From the IMG/VR virus record IMGVR_UViG_3300022602_000033: a DNA stretch of 64,000 bases, one strand, 5' to 3'. Origin of the DNA: a virus. Numbering within the stretch: the stretch's first letter is position 1; every line of letters begins with the position of its first letter. The position numbers and the translations under genes were made by a program. The notes under the pieces are model-generated. The model saw only the letters and a program-made list of their open reading frames with translations. It did not search any database and had not been told where the DNA came from. Below, piece by piece: positions 49,601 to 59,244 of the stretch.

Positions 49601-50029
49601 AGGAGTGTTTTTGAGATTCAATCCATTGGCATCATAGATATCTTCATTGCTGACTATCTGAGAAACCTTAAGGATACCTGCACTTGGTATGCTGCGTTGA
49701 GGCTGATAGTTGAGCATGCGTGCCAAACGAAATATGCTGTCACGGCGTTGAGCAGTGTCTAAGAAGTTCTCACGAGTGTTGAGATCCATCCTGAACGCAA
49801 GGCTTTGACCCAGATAAGCCAGCAGATCAATGATGGCCACGAATTCGCTGCTCTCTGTCCAGTCGTTGAAATCCTCAGGATAGTTGAGGCGAATATATTC
49901 TACCATTGCTGTGCGTATGGTTGGGAAATCATATGCACTGAAGTTTACCTGTGTAAAAGCTTGGTAGATGACCTGCCAGTCTTCTGCTGCAAACAGCTGC
50001 TTCTGACGTTGTTGTTGACTTACTGCCAT
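46619..50029 (-). CDS. Baseplate wedge subunit (gp6-like)
   Basis: YDFPTIR, ESSEF..IIDLLAY, ENFLDTA.RR.S..RLA..LNY.P, FADGNFG and QDRMVNGEDY motifs. Confidence 0.85.
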   Translation of the reverse strand: MAVSQQQRQKQLFAAEDWQVIYQAFTQVNFSAYDFPTIRTAMVEYIRLNYPEDFNDWTESSEFVAIIDLLAYLGQSLAFRMDLNTRENFLDTAQRRDSIFRLARMLNYQPQRSIPSAGILKVSQIVSNEDIYDANGLNLKNTPINWNDQNNADWQEQFTLVLNASLNSTNYFGNPSKSGVVNNIPTELYALNNTAIPTSVVPFTAVVGGNNMNFELANPDFNGATGGNATVLGTTGYFFERSPNPINSWYIIYQNDGNGYDSANTGFFLFFKQGTMGFADYQLDLPIANRVIDVTVSGINQTDVWVQNINTAGLVTANWTLVPNVNGFNVIYNSINNNVRNIYSVITRDFNGADQISLRFADGNFGTVPVGLLRVWYRVSNGLQYQIRPTDLTNLKFNFSYNDNLFNTYSVAFNTNLQYTVANSQTTQSNQQIQLAAEQVYYTQDRMVNGEDYNLFPLQSSQALKVKAINRTYSGQSRYLDINDPTGTYQNINVFATDGILYEEYELNAQEVVISVGTPNLVYVIDNIQPMINGGSNSTFASAALELQNFFYKNYPRYTASGSYWNLVTANIGSSTGSIDVGGFAQRLGQDATAGSGEAYIAAGSLIKFTSVSNVTSWTSVVSVVGDGTGINNTGIIASGLGAVTLSSVVPDLSRLDSICGPWETTLTSSEQTAIAAAMDYKQTFGIGYSELYQIWYVITNPNLSTGPGFSLQNAQDTTGTNADASWLIKVIYNTNSWIIQSRAQRYVFESVDQVRFFFSNSEKTIDSSTGKVLYDSVSVLGVNPAPLPPAPAPALGQDYLWQVYGQEIYPDGYADPASVRVTFWSSQDAPLPNNPDEFVTIVNPDVTPPAKYVFWVRYTSAEGYQYYQPIDIPDYRIYSTPSAVPTPPYGNWQNGEVAYVISTGAFLLYENGTLTDVTADYKVRMGRNNISYLWQHYAAYDQRINPAIMNIIDTYILTATYNADLRNWIAIGGSADTEPQPPTISDLNSTFAYFEQYKMMTDQIVWHPVTYRLLFGTQAQPEYQVIFKVVKVPGTSNSDNEVKSLVKQQIDTYFSLANWDFGQNFYFTEMSTFIQMNLATIVATIVMVPTSGSAKFGDLFEIIANPDEIFISCATVQNIVIVGSLTEAQLGINNG

Positions 50030-50041
50030 CTCATTCCCTCA

Positions 50042-50440
50042 TCACGCTATCATATCTAAGTTTACTGCATCTTGATCAAATTGGACACTAAATGAATCAA
50101 TAACTCCAAAAGGTTGATAAAACAGCGTCATCTGCACCAACAGTCCCTGATTTATCTGGTTCACTATTATGCTCTGCAGCACCACTCGGCTGTCCGTATT
50201 CACTATGCGTGTGGCTTCTGCTATCACTGCCTGTATCAGTGCATCATCGTATGGTTCAAACAACATGTCCCAGATTCTGCAACCATATGTGGGCATCATC
50301 ACTCGTTCACCTGGTAGCGTGTTGAAATGATTGTATAGATCACGTTGGATCAGAGGCACATCAGCAAACGCTTGATTCTTGGCGTTTGTATCAAAGGTGC
50401 TGAATCCGTAGAATACTCTGCTTGGTGCAACTATGGCCAT
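50042..50440 (-). CDS. Baseplate wedge subunit (gp25-like)
   Basis: DL.NHFNT.PGERVM.P.YG..IWD.LFEP and D.RV motifs. Confidence 0.88.
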   Translation of the reverse strand: MAIVAPSRVFYGFSTFDTNAKNQAFADVPLIQRDLYNHFNTLPGERVMMPTYGCRIWDMLFEPYDDALIQAVIAEATRIVNTDSRVVLQSIIVNQINQGLLVQMTLFYQPFGVIDSFSVQFDQDAVNLDMIA

Positions 50441-50512
50441 AGATGTAGATAATACCTTTGTTTATCATGATATTTAGCCATGTTTTAACCGAGGAATTTT
50501 TGGTCAGAGATG

Positions 50513-53455
50513 TTAGACGCCGCCGCTGTTGATGGGATTGCCACCACAGAAGTTGGTGCATTCAGCACGCCGACGGTTCTGTAAGCCAGGTATCACCTTG
50601 CCAGCAGCATGGCAATAGCTCATCCACTTCTCCGTAACATCAAAGCTCCCGGTATTGATTATTGCTGCTAGACTGGTGCAGTTGCCGATGTTATATGTGA
50701 AGCTTACCAACATATCAAACTGTGTCTGGCTAATCTTGGCTGTGATTGATTTCTGCACCTTGGCTTCGCGCGGCGCTAGGTCTTGTTTGAACAGATCAAA
50801 TATTTCAGCTTCGCTCAGAGGTGATGTCAGTGGACGTTTAGCCCCGTTAATTGTAACATAGTTGCCAGCTTTCTCATCAGGCAAAAGCAGGTGTCCTATT
50901 CCAATGGTTGGTAATCCGGCACTGTCTAGATAGGTCTGGGATTTCTTGCCTTCAAACTTGGCTATGAATTCAGCTCCAGCTTGGCTGGTACGTAAGCTGC
51001 CAGCTGACTGTTGATCACCAGCAGCACCTTGATAGCTGTATTGCGGTTGACCTTTGTTGTCATATCCTTCGCCCTTGTAGTTGCCCTGAGGACTGCCACT
51101 GTTTGGTGCTCCCTTGAGATCAAGAGGTTTGCTCTGGGTGCCTAGCACCTGTCCAGGTAACAGAGGTTGCCCTGTGTAGGGATCAGTGCTGCTGCCAGTC
51201 TCCACATGGCCATTGAAACCCTGTGCAGTAGCAGCATGCCCTTGCCAAGGTTCATGAGAAGGCAACTGGCTCACTATGGTGTTCAGTAATGTGAAGGTCA
51301 GCTGTGCGGGCGCAGTGATAACAGTGTTTTTCTGTTGACTATCTATGGGTTTAAGAGCTGGTGGAGCAGCTTTAGCACCGCTTGGAGCCGGGCCGTTTAG
51401 ATCTATCCTGCTGGCCCCCATGACAATGTTGTTTGACGTACCTATGCTTAGAAGGCCGTTGCTCTGCATGGTCAGATATCCGCCCACAGCTAGATCATAG
51501 CTGCCATAGGCATAATCAAACATGTTGGTCTGTGCCGTGCGAGACATCAGGCCCGTGCTTTGAATGTACATGTCGCGATCACTGGTGATATGCATGTCAA
51601 GATGCGCATTGATCATGATTAGACCAGCTTGTGTGGTATTGTTATTGGTCACGGTAATAGGAGTATTAGTGGTCTCATTTTGAAGAGTACCCACTATGGT
51701 GCTAGCGTTACTGATAGTGCTTTGGTTACCAGGACCGAATGTGATGTGTAGATAGGTTAGGCTGCCATCCTCATTGGTAGTCACATCTCCAAGCGTGGCC
51801 TTTGGAGTTTTATTGGTAGCCGTGCTCTGTGTGCTTGTGGTGTTAGGAGCAGGGGTAGGAGTGACTATCTGGCCAATGTTGCCTTCTATGTTTTGATTCA
51901 GAGTGGTATAATCCACCGTACCATCATTGTTAAAAGTTATATCTTGAGTAGCATCACCATACCCTGTGGCAAATCCAAATACTGTGGCTCGCGCATCAGG
52001 ATTATCCGGTATGACCCAGATGTATTGTTGGGCATTCAGGGTGCTGCGTATGTTCTCTAGATTGGCAGTGGTCGCACCTGGTGTTCCCTGACCATCATTG
52101 TAGTCATTACCACCCACAGATATCACAGCATACTGAGGATTTTGTAGACTGGCGTTGTTGGTCACAGTGGTCAGCACGTCGCCTGTGGTAGCACTGCTGC
52201 TGTTGTTGGTGATGGTACCAGGATACTTGTCTGCTATGCCTGGTCCTATTCCGCCAGCTACGTTATCTCCCACGACTACAACTGGTGCGCCGCTACCAGC
52301 TGCAGGTGTGGTAGTCCCTGACACAGGAGTAGTCGGAGCAGCAGCACTGGTAGTGGGATTGCCCCAGGGTATACCGGTTATATCCATACCAGGAACAAAC
52401 GTTCCAGTGATACCGCTGGTAGGAGCTGTGATCATCACCTGAGTGTCTTGTGTCCTGATAGCAGGTACCTGTGCATTGTTGCTGGTCTCAGCTTTGATCA
52501 CTGCACCGCTGTTGGGATTGGCTGGCGGACTAGCATTGTTGAGTATGCTGCTGACTTCGCCTCGAGCTTTCATGAATATGCTGCGACCAGCTTCAATGTT
52601 GATGTCTAGATCTGCATGTAGATTGAGAGTACCCTGGCTGCGCACGCTGATATCGCTGCTGCCATAGATGTTGATCGCACCGTTGACCCCAAGCTCCATC
52701 CAGCTGTTGCCATCTCGGCTGATCATGTAGATGTAGCCTTCGGTATCGTTGATCAAGACCTGTGTACCAGACTGTGTGCGCAACCTAATGTATTTCTCAT
52801 CAAGGTTGTCATCCATCACAAACTGGCTACCACCAGGTGTCAATATACCAAATGCTGCATTGATTGGTTGATCTCTGCGTGCACCAGCAGTGGTTATGCC
52901 TCGGCTGGCATCCTTATCCAAACCTTGAACCTTTAGCTGCTCAGCTAGCGGAGCATATACTGGTCCATTAGCAGTGCTGACTGATATATCAGTTTTGATC
53001 TTGTTGTATTCTGCCACCGGTAAACCGCTGCTGCCGCTGTCGCCCGGTATGCCAGGTACCATGTGGTTCATATTCTGTTGATAAAGGCAACCAAACCATA
53101 TACCGCGGCCAGGATCACCGTTGATGAAACAACACACAACTTCGTTTTCTAGATCAGGCGGCACAAACCAAAAACCGTAACTGCGCTGAGTGTTCAGCCA
53201 AGTGGGTCCAGCTGTGTTATTATAGACACTGGTAGCACCAGCAAATGGGCTGGCATAGCTGCAGATGAACCACTGGTCTGGATCCAACGGATCGCCGCTG
53301 ATTTCTGGGATCCAAACCTTGATCCTACCCATGCGGGTGCTGTCATCAACTGCTTTGATGAATCCCACATAGATTCCGTTAAGCTGGGTGGCACGCCCAT
53401 CAGATGACAGATTGTATGCGTCTGGAGTGTCTACTGTCCTGGTAGGTAAAACCAT
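50513..53455 (-). CDS. Baseplate hub/spike with tail lysozyme (gp5-like)
   Basis: N-terminal OB fold (D..RMGRIKVWIP), beta-helix-like segments, and a C-terminal GH24 lysozyme FEG...YLDSAGLPTIGIGH (E-x8-D-x5-T). Confidence 0.88.
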   Translation of the reverse strand: MVLPTRTVDTPDAYNLSSDGRATQLNGIYVGFIKAVDDSTRMGRIKVWIPEISGDPLDPDQWFICSYASPFAGATSVYNNTAGPTWLNTQRSYGFWFVPPDLENEVVCCFINGDPGRGIWFGCLYQQNMNHMVPGIPGDSGSSGLPVAEYNKIKTDISVSTANGPVYAPLAEQLKVQGLDKDASRGITTAGARRDQPINAAFGILTPGGSQFVMDDNLDEKYIRLRTQSGTQVLINDTEGYIYMISRDGNSWMELGVNGAINIYGSSDISVRSQGTLNLHADLDINIEAGRSIFMKARGEVSSILNNASPPANPNSGAVIKAETSNNAQVPAIRTQDTQVMITAPTSGITGTFVPGMDITGIPWGNPTTSAAAPTTPVSGTTTPAAGSGAPVVVVGDNVAGGIGPGIADKYPGTITNNSSSATTGDVLTTVTNNASLQNPQYAVISVGGNDYNDGQGTPGATTANLENIRSTLNAQQYIWVIPDNPDARATVFGFATGYGDATQDITFNNDGTVDYTTLNQNIEGNIGQIVTPTPAPNTTSTQSTATNKTPKATLGDVTTNEDGSLTYLHITFGPGNQSTISNASTIVGTLQNETTNTPITVTNNNTTQAGLIMINAHLDMHITSDRDMYIQSTGLMSRTAQTNMFDYAYGSYDLAVGGYLTMQSNGLLSIGTSNNIVMGASRIDLNGPAPSGAKAAPPALKPIDSQQKNTVITAPAQLTFTLLNTIVSQLPSHEPWQGHAATAQGFNGHVETGSSTDPYTGQPLLPGQVLGTQSKPLDLKGAPNSGSPQGNYKGEGYDNKGQPQYSYQGAAGDQQSAGSLRTSQAGAEFIAKFEGKKSQTYLDSAGLPTIGIGHLLLPDEKAGNYVTINGAKRPLTSPLSEAEIFDLFKQDLAPREAKVQKSITAKISQTQFDMLVSFTYNIGNCTSLAAIINTGSFDVTEKWMSYCHAAGKVIPGLQNRRRAECTNFCGGNPINSGGV

Positions 53456-53480
53456 TGATTAACCTCTATCTATGTAAAAT

Positions 53481-56087
53481 TTATCCATAAGTACCAGCAG
53501 GTGCATCAACTTGTTGTTCAAAACTTTTCTGTAAGGCAGTCCCTAAACTAGGTGCTGCGTTTGGTTCTTTAGCACTAGAAATAGGATTCTGTGACAGCGT
53601 GTCCTTCATGGCTTTAAGCATCTGAGTAAACTTGCCTTCTCTAAAAGAGTTAGTAACTTCTAACACTGCATATATACCAGTGAAGAAATCAGCCCCTTGA
53701 TTATTAGATCTAGCTAACCCTGTTTCTTCATCTATGACCACTCCAACTCGCATCTCCAAGAGGAAACAGTTGTCACCGCCTAGGTAACTGGCCTGTGCTT
53801 GCGCCGAATTGGTGGCTGGCGAACTGCTGGTGGCATTGCCAGTTAGCTGAAGTGCTAGGCTATTGAGTTTTATATTGCTCTGAGCTATCCACCACGGATC
53901 ACCTCTGATGCCTAGCTCAATCATCTGAAACTCTTTGACTGGATTGGAAAATATATTGCCGAATATAGCACCAACAAATCCAGTGCCGTTGGAAAAAGCC
54001 TGTGCGTCCGGATCAGCATTGGTCTTGGTCTGATCTGCGTTCTGTTGTGCATTCTGTTGCGACGGTTTTGGATCAAAGATTGCTACCAAAGGCAGCGGCG
54101 GATTGTTTATGATGTTGGTATTGACATTGGTGTCTTCAACATATGCTGTGGCCAATCTGGCAGCCCGGCTGTTGACATAGTTGTTAACAGTGTTAGCTAA
54201 CTGCCTAGCTGCTGGATTCTTTGCTTGAGCGGCAGTGAGAGCCAGTTGTCCACTGCTCTGATCAAACCTAATTATGTTATCAGACGCTACTGCTTTGGTC
54301 GTTGGATTTAGCGTACCGTTGGCAATAGCCCGCTCCAGGGATTGAGTGTTGCCTGTCAGCAATCCAAGGTCATTGGTTGCACCAGGTGTCTGTGAATCAA
54401 CATTGGACGGTTGCCCGGATGCAGCACCAACCTTGTCCTGAGGAAGAGTGCCTTTTAGCTTTTGATAATCTTGGCTGGTAGTGTTTGCTAACGCACCTTG
54501 AGCATATTGGCCATAGCTGTTGCCTTGGTTCCAGGTGGGCTGTTGGAATGCCCAACGCATGTTCATCTTGAAATCAAACGTCAACACTTCGGTGTTCAAA
54601 CCTGTGTAGATATAATCGTAGCGCTTGACCAACCTGCCATTTTGAACCAAATATCGCAATTTGGCTTCTTGTGTTGTTGGTTTCTGCGCATCAATAGCAC
54701 TCTGCATGTCCACATATGACTTGAGGCTTTCTGTGCGAAACATGGTATATGTCACTTCTTTGACATAATCCCTGGTTGTAACATCAAACCCAGTTATCTT
54801 GGTTTGCCCATACACTGACACATATCCTATTATGCCGTGATCGCTCTGTGTAGCACCACCAGGGGCTGAATTGTTAGCACCAGTGATCCAATCCTGTGCT
54901 TCCTTGCACAGATATACCACAAAGTTGATTATGCTTTCTATGGCCTGGCCCTTGTTGATCTTGATGGTAGTGCCGTTGGTAAACCAATGACCGTTGCTAT
55001 CCATGCCACTGTTTCTGCTCACATGCTTATCGGTGTCAGCCGGGCGTATCTTCCAATTTCTCCATGTGCTGGGATATTGGAACTTGTAGGTAATGCGTTG
55101 AACGCCATCATTGTTCAACGCTCCTTGTTGTATGTTCATGCCTTTTTCAAGATTGTCAAAAAAGTCACCCAGAGTAACACAATCAATGTTTAACCCAGCC
55201 TGAGGAGTAGCTACTTGGTTCACTTCGCTCATGCTGTTGTCCACGGTCATCTTGAAATGATAGGTAGTACCGACCTGCGTGGTAGTTGCTTCGCAGTCAC
55301 TGAGAATGACCCTGTACATGTTGTAGAACAGATGATTAGCAGCTATGGTTCCGTCCTCTGCATAGCCCGTGAACCATACCTCTATGAAGTAGGGGCACAG
55401 CATGTGATTTACGATGCCTATCTCGGTTGATGCGAAATATATCTTGTCAAACAAGCTAAGTCCCAGTGGCTCGGTCACCGTCATTTCAAAATCATGAGCT
55501 GCCCACATGTTGCGCTTTTTGGCATTGGCACCGGCACTGGATTTGATCTGGAGATCAACTATGTTGAATCCTGCAGTGACACCGCTTTCGGCGATCACAG
55601 TTTTGGTCATGTTGCTGCTGTTGGGATTCTGTTCGTTGACATTGCTGTAGGCTTCTCGCTCGCTGGTCATGAACCATCTGATATGATAGGTGTAATTGGC
55701 ATAGGCGTTCAAAGGATTCTGTGCGGGATTGAAACTGATACCGTAGGTTGCCAGTCGGGCATCTATGCCACCATTGGCTGGCTGTACAGTGGGACCGCCC
55801 GAACCATATAACAGAGCGGAATTAGACGTTATTCCCTGCCTATCTCTGTCGGTAAACGCATCTGTTGGTCGCGTAACTTTGTTTACCACTGCGGCATTCT
55901 TGTCTAAAACCTGAGGATTTGTAGGAGCTATAGCTACAGTGTTTACATCTTGTCCAGTGGCAGCAGCAACTTCATCTTCAAATGCTTTATTAACTGCCGC
56001 CGACCGCTTGGCTTCCTCTGCTTGTAAGGCGTTGAACTGTTCTTCGGTGACTTGCTGCGCGCCATCTTTGGTAAGTATAAAAGCCAT
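53481..56087 (-). CDS. Probable baseplate hub protein
   Basis: Lies between the gp53-like and gp5-like genes; NPL..YANYTY, IRGDPWW and F.G.Y.V..V.N.F..GKFTQ.L motifs. Confidence 0.65.
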   Translation of the reverse strand: MAFILTKDGAQQVTEEQFNALQAEEAKRSAAVNKAFEDEVAAATGQDVNTVAIAPTNPQVLDKNAAVVNKVTRPTDAFTDRDRQGITSNSALLYGSGGPTVQPANGGIDARLATYGISFNPAQNPLNAYANYTYHIRWFMTSEREAYSNVNEQNPNSSNMTKTVIAESGVTAGFNIVDLQIKSSAGANAKKRNMWAAHDFEMTVTEPLGLSLFDKIYFASTEIGIVNHMLCPYFIEVWFTGYAEDGTIAANHLFYNMYRVILSDCEATTTQVGTTYHFKMTVDNSMSEVNQVATPQAGLNIDCVTLGDFFDNLEKGMNIQQGALNNDGVQRITYKFQYPSTWRNWKIRPADTDKHVSRNSGMDSNGHWFTNGTTIKINKGQAIESIINFVVYLCKEAQDWITGANNSAPGGATQSDHGIIGYVSVYGQTKITGFDVTTRDYVKEVTYTMFRTESLKSYVDMQSAIDAQKPTTQEAKLRYLVQNGRLVKRYDYIYTGLNTEVLTFDFKMNMRWAFQQPTWNQGNSYGQYAQGALANTTSQDYQKLKGTLPQDKVGAASGQPSNVDSQTPGATNDLGLLTGNTQSLERAIANGTLNPTTKAVASDNIIRFDQSSGQLALTAAQAKNPAARQLANTVNNYVNSRAARLATAYVEDTNVNTNIINNPPLPLVAIFDPKPSQQNAQQNADQTKTNADPDAQAFSNGTGFVGAIFGNIFSNPVKEFQMIELGIRGDPWWIAQSNIKLNSLALQLTGNATSSSPATNSAQAQASYLGGDNCFLLEMRVGVVIDEETGLARSNNQGADFFTGIYAVLEVTNSFREGKFTQMLKAMKDTLSQNPISSAKEPNAAPSLGTALQKSFEQQVDAPAGTYG

Positions 56088-56395
56088 CAGCTCACCTTAA
56101 TCAGGCTGTCCCTAGACGGAACATAGATGGTCAGTCCCGAAACAAAATCCCAGATTGGATCTTTGATGCTGTTTGGATTGCGCAGTGCAAACACCCACCA
56201 AAGCTGGCTTGTGCTATAAAACTGATAACTGACTAAATCTGGCCTGTGCTGATAAGTCTGTTCTATCAGATAGAGACTGTCAGTGCTCTGAGGTAGTATG
56301 TATTGCCCATTCCAAAAGTCCAGATAGCTCACATAATTGCTGATCTGAGGCGTTTGGTAGTAGGTGCTGTATTGGCCGTAGGTTACTTGGGTCAT
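56087..56395 (-). CDS. Baseplate wedge protein (gp53/LysM-like)
   Basis: HRPDLVSYQFY....LWWVFA.RN....DPI.DF..G..IYVP pattern. Confidence 0.85.
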   Translation of the reverse strand: MTQVTYGQYSTYYQTPQISNYVSYLDFWNGQYILPQSTDSLYLIEQTYQHRPDLVSYQFYSTSQLWWVFALRNPNSIKDPIWDFVSGLTIYVPSRDSLIKVS

Positions 56396-57189
56396 ATCCA
56401 CCTACCTTCTTTCATCAGCGCACCTGTTCTAAAGGCATCTAGATTGAATGCACGCAGTCTAGAAGCAGTGTTCTGCACAGTCAGACTCACGCTCAGCGTG
56501 AACACTGCTGGCAACCACACATAACCGCTCTTGCCCTGTAGGCTGGTTTGAAACATGCTGCTTGATATGAAAGCAGCATCTGTGGCAGTCTGTTGGCTTA
56601 GCAACTGAGGAGTTATCTGCACTTTGCTATAACCAGGTAGATTGGTTTTGGTCTGAGCAGCAGTGTATGTCTGTGCCAGAGCCAGATCCACTGGCACATA
56701 ATCTATGTCATCTGGCAAGCTCACGCTGAAATTGGTGATGATCACAGGCAGCTGGTTGAACATGTATTGACCATACGCATCAAACAACAGCACAGGAGGC
56801 GGAGTACCCAGATCAGCACCAGTACCAAAATACATCTTGGTTGTGGTGCGCATGAAATGTATGGCCGCTAAAGCATATACACCTTCTTGGTTGTTCTGCA
56901 CGCTGAAGTTGCCGCTTACTGTGAACTTGGCCGCCGGAGTCTTGGTATAGGCCATGATCTCTTGGTTGACGTGAACCATGTCAATGCTGCTGTAGTCTAC
57001 TGGCTGCTCCCAAGAGATGGTGGGGGTGTAAGGCCATACCACGCCGTTGGTAGCACGCAGTGGCTGTAGTAAGCCGCTTCCACCATATACCTGCGCAGCC
57101 GCCAATGGTTTAGGCCGTAGGCGCACTCGGCGACCTTGTGCGTCACTGTCATTGCTGAACGAAGGCGGGGCTCTAAAATCGTCAACCAT
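56392..57189 (-). CDS. Tail tube initiator/baseplate protein (gp48/gp54-like)
   Basis: PYTPTI, GTPPPVLLFDAYG..MF..LPVII..F...LP.DIDY motifs; real start at ATG 57189 after TAAATA. Confidence 0.7.
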   Translation of the reverse strand: MVDDFRAPPSFSNDSDAQGRRVRLRPKPLAAAQVYGGSGLLQPLRATNGVVWPYTPTISWEQPVDYSSIDMVHVNQEIMAYTKTPAAKFTVSGNFSVQNNQEGVYALAAIHFMRTTTKMYFGTGADLGTPPPVLLFDAYGQYMFNQLPVIITNFSVSLPDDIDYVPVDLALAQTYTAAQTKTNLPGYSKVQITPQLLSQQTATDAAFISSSMFQTSLQGKSGYVWLPAVFTLSVSLTVQNTASRLRAFNLDAFRTGALMKEGRWI

Positions 57190-57255
57190 AAATATCCCAG
57201 ATGTTTCCAAACTATTTATGGTGTAAAAATCACCAATGATTTCTGTGTTATCAAT

Positions 57256-57283
57256 TTGACACAGCTGGCATATCTGGTACAAA
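57256..57283 (+). promoter_or_regulatory. Sigma70-type promoter for the late sigma gene
   Basis: TTGACA-N16-TACAAA with an extended TG. Confidence 0.5.
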
Positions 57284-57334
57284 TTAGCAACAGTGCGTTT
57301 GGGTCGCACAGATAACCAAGGCGATGTGAATACT

Positions 57335-59194
57335 ATGGCTGCAGTGGCTAAGATCAAATACCTAACTAACAAAGATTTGCTAGAAGAAATACATCGCAGC
57401 AAAGGCACCTATTGTGAATATATCGAAACAAAATACGCAAGTTACGATATCATCACCAACGATCTCAGCAAGGTCACAGCTGAGAGATTATCAGATGCAC
57501 GCAATAAGAAGATGGACCAAAGCATTGCAGCAGCCAAGAAGGCTCAGGTTGCAGCTGGCATTCGAAATCCAATAATCAACATTACCCTGGATGATGTACC
57601 GCTAGAAGACATTGTGGTGCGGTTAATGACATTTGATCACATACCAATCAATGAAGAAAAGCTGGCCAAAGCCAAGACCGAAGCCGAGAGACATGTCAAA
57701 TGCAACTTCCCGCCCTATCAGCATTTCATATTCAGAGACGGTGAATTTGTGTGCGTGGGCAAGAGCCACTGGCAGGGTGGTCTTGAGAACGGGCACTTCA
57801 GCGTTACGCATGGCAAGATGACTAACAAGCTGGCCATGATGTTCATGAAGCTGGTAGAACGCTACGGACATCGCGGCAACTGGCGGGGGTATTGTGTAGA
57901 TACCGCAACAGAAGCACTGACCAAGAGAGGTTGGTTAAACATAGATGACATCTGTGAAGATGACACGATCCTGTCATACTCAGATGGTTCACTGACCTGG
58001 AGCAGCATCAAGAGCATATACCGCGGCCAATACGACGGTCTCATGCACTATCTCACAGTGCGCGGCATGGATGCATTGATAACACCAAACCACAAGCTGG
58101 TTACCGAAAGAGGACTGGTTAAAGCTGAACATCTCATAGAATCTGACAGGGTAATATTGATGGGAGATGCAGTAGAAGATGGATCTGGCGTATATGAAGA
58201 CAGCTTGGTTGAGCTAGCAGGTTGGATAGTAACAGAAGGCTGCTACGAATCAAACGAAAACGGTATCAAACGCATCACTATCTACCAAAATTCTGGATCA
58301 AACGCAGATCGAATACGCAACTGTTTGATCAAGCTTGGATATAAGTTCAGTGAATCAACACCAAGAAGTAAGAACATAACCTTTGCTGTATGCCGCAAAG
58401 ATTCTCGCATGATTGCGAAATTGTTACCAAACAAGAATCTCACGATGGATTTCGTGTTATCATTGACCAATGCTCAGCGAGAACTGCTGATCAACACGAT
58501 GATTGACGGCGACGGATGGCGAGTAAATGGACATAGGCGCTATGTGCAAAAGAGCAAAGATGGCATAGACATGCTGCAGGTTCTGTGCACACTTGCAGGT
58601 ATCAAAACCAACCATCATCTGGTAGTAGATCATCCGTCATACGGCAAGACTTCAACTTTCTATCAGGTGAATTTATTCTCAGAACGAGGAAATACCACAC
58701 GAGTAGAATGCATTGATTTCCATGGAGGCAAAAGAAACGGTAGAAATGCACGCGGGCTCGGATCAGGTCGTGGCAAAGAACATCATCCAAATGAACCAAC
58801 CACTCAGTATAACGGTCGGGTTTGGTGCCCAGAGACTGAATACGGTTGCTTTGTGGCACGTAGGAACGGCAAGGTCTATCTCACAGGTAATACATACATA
58901 GATGAAATGAAGAGCCAAGCTCTGCTACAGCTCAGCCAGATCGGACTGCAGTTTGATGAGAGTCGGTCAGAAACTCCTAATCCGTTTGCTTATTATACTG
59001 CCGCAATTACCAATAGCTTCACTCGCGTTCTAAACATAGAGAAACGCAACCAAAACATACGCGATGACATCTTGATCATGCACGGCGCGACACCAAGTTA
59101 TACACGACAGACCGAAAACGACATGAAGAACCAGCAGGCCAGGGCTGCCGCAGATGCCGCAGCAACTGCTGCCAAAGCCAGTACCAACGAATAA
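57335..59194 (+). CDS. Late-transcription sigma factor (gp55-like), intein-containing
   Basis: YLTNKDLL, NWRGY|TYIDEM, QFDE.RS..NPFAYYT....NSF.R...EK motifs; lies upstream of gp47/gp46 as in T4. Confidence 0.85.
   Translation: MAAVAKIKYLTNKDLLEEIHRSKGTYCEYIETKYASYDIITNDLSKVTAERLSDARNKKMDQSIAAAKKAQVAAGIRNPIINITLDDVPLEDIVVRLMTFDHIPINEEKLAKAKTEAERHVKCNFPPYQHFIFRDGEFVCVGKSHWQGGLENGHFSVTHGKMTNKLAMMFMKLVERYGHRGNWRGYCVDTATEALTKRGWLNIDDICEDDTILSYSDGSLTWSSIKSIYRGQYDGLMHYLTVRGMDALITPNHKLVTERGLVKAEHLIESDRVILMGDAVEDGSGVYEDSLVELAGWIVTEGCYESNENGIKRITIYQNSGSNADRIRNCLIKLGYKFSESTPRSKNITFAVCRKDSRMIAKLLPNKNLTMDFVLSLTNAQRELLINTMIDGDGWRVNGHRRYVQKSKDGIDMLQVLCTLAGIKTNHHLVVDHPSYGKTSTFYQVNLFSERGNTTRVECIDFHGGKRNGRNARGLGSGRGKEHHPNEPTTQYNGRVWCPETEYGCFVARRNGKVYLTGNTYIDEMKSQALLQLSQIGLQFDESRSETPNPFAYYTAAITNSFTRVLNIEKRNQNIRDDILIMHGATPSYTRQTENDMKNQQARAAADAAATAAKASTNE
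57893..58891 (+). mobile_element. 333-aa intein with LAGLIDADG homing endonuclease
   Basis: Starts CVDTATEALT; block B ITPNHKL; LAGWIVTEG and LINTMIDGDG helices; ends VWCPET...RNGKVYLTGN, followed by Thr at +1. Confidence 0.92.
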
Positions 59195-59244
59195 GCATTT
59201 GATTTTTGCTGCGTCCTGCTAAATACTAAACAAAAGGATTTAGC

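Noticed and set aside
57190-57408. N-terminal extensions of ORFs 56392-57408 and 57293-59194 creating a divergent overlap
   Set aside because: Better starts at 57189 (-) and 57335 (+) leave a normal divergent promoter region.
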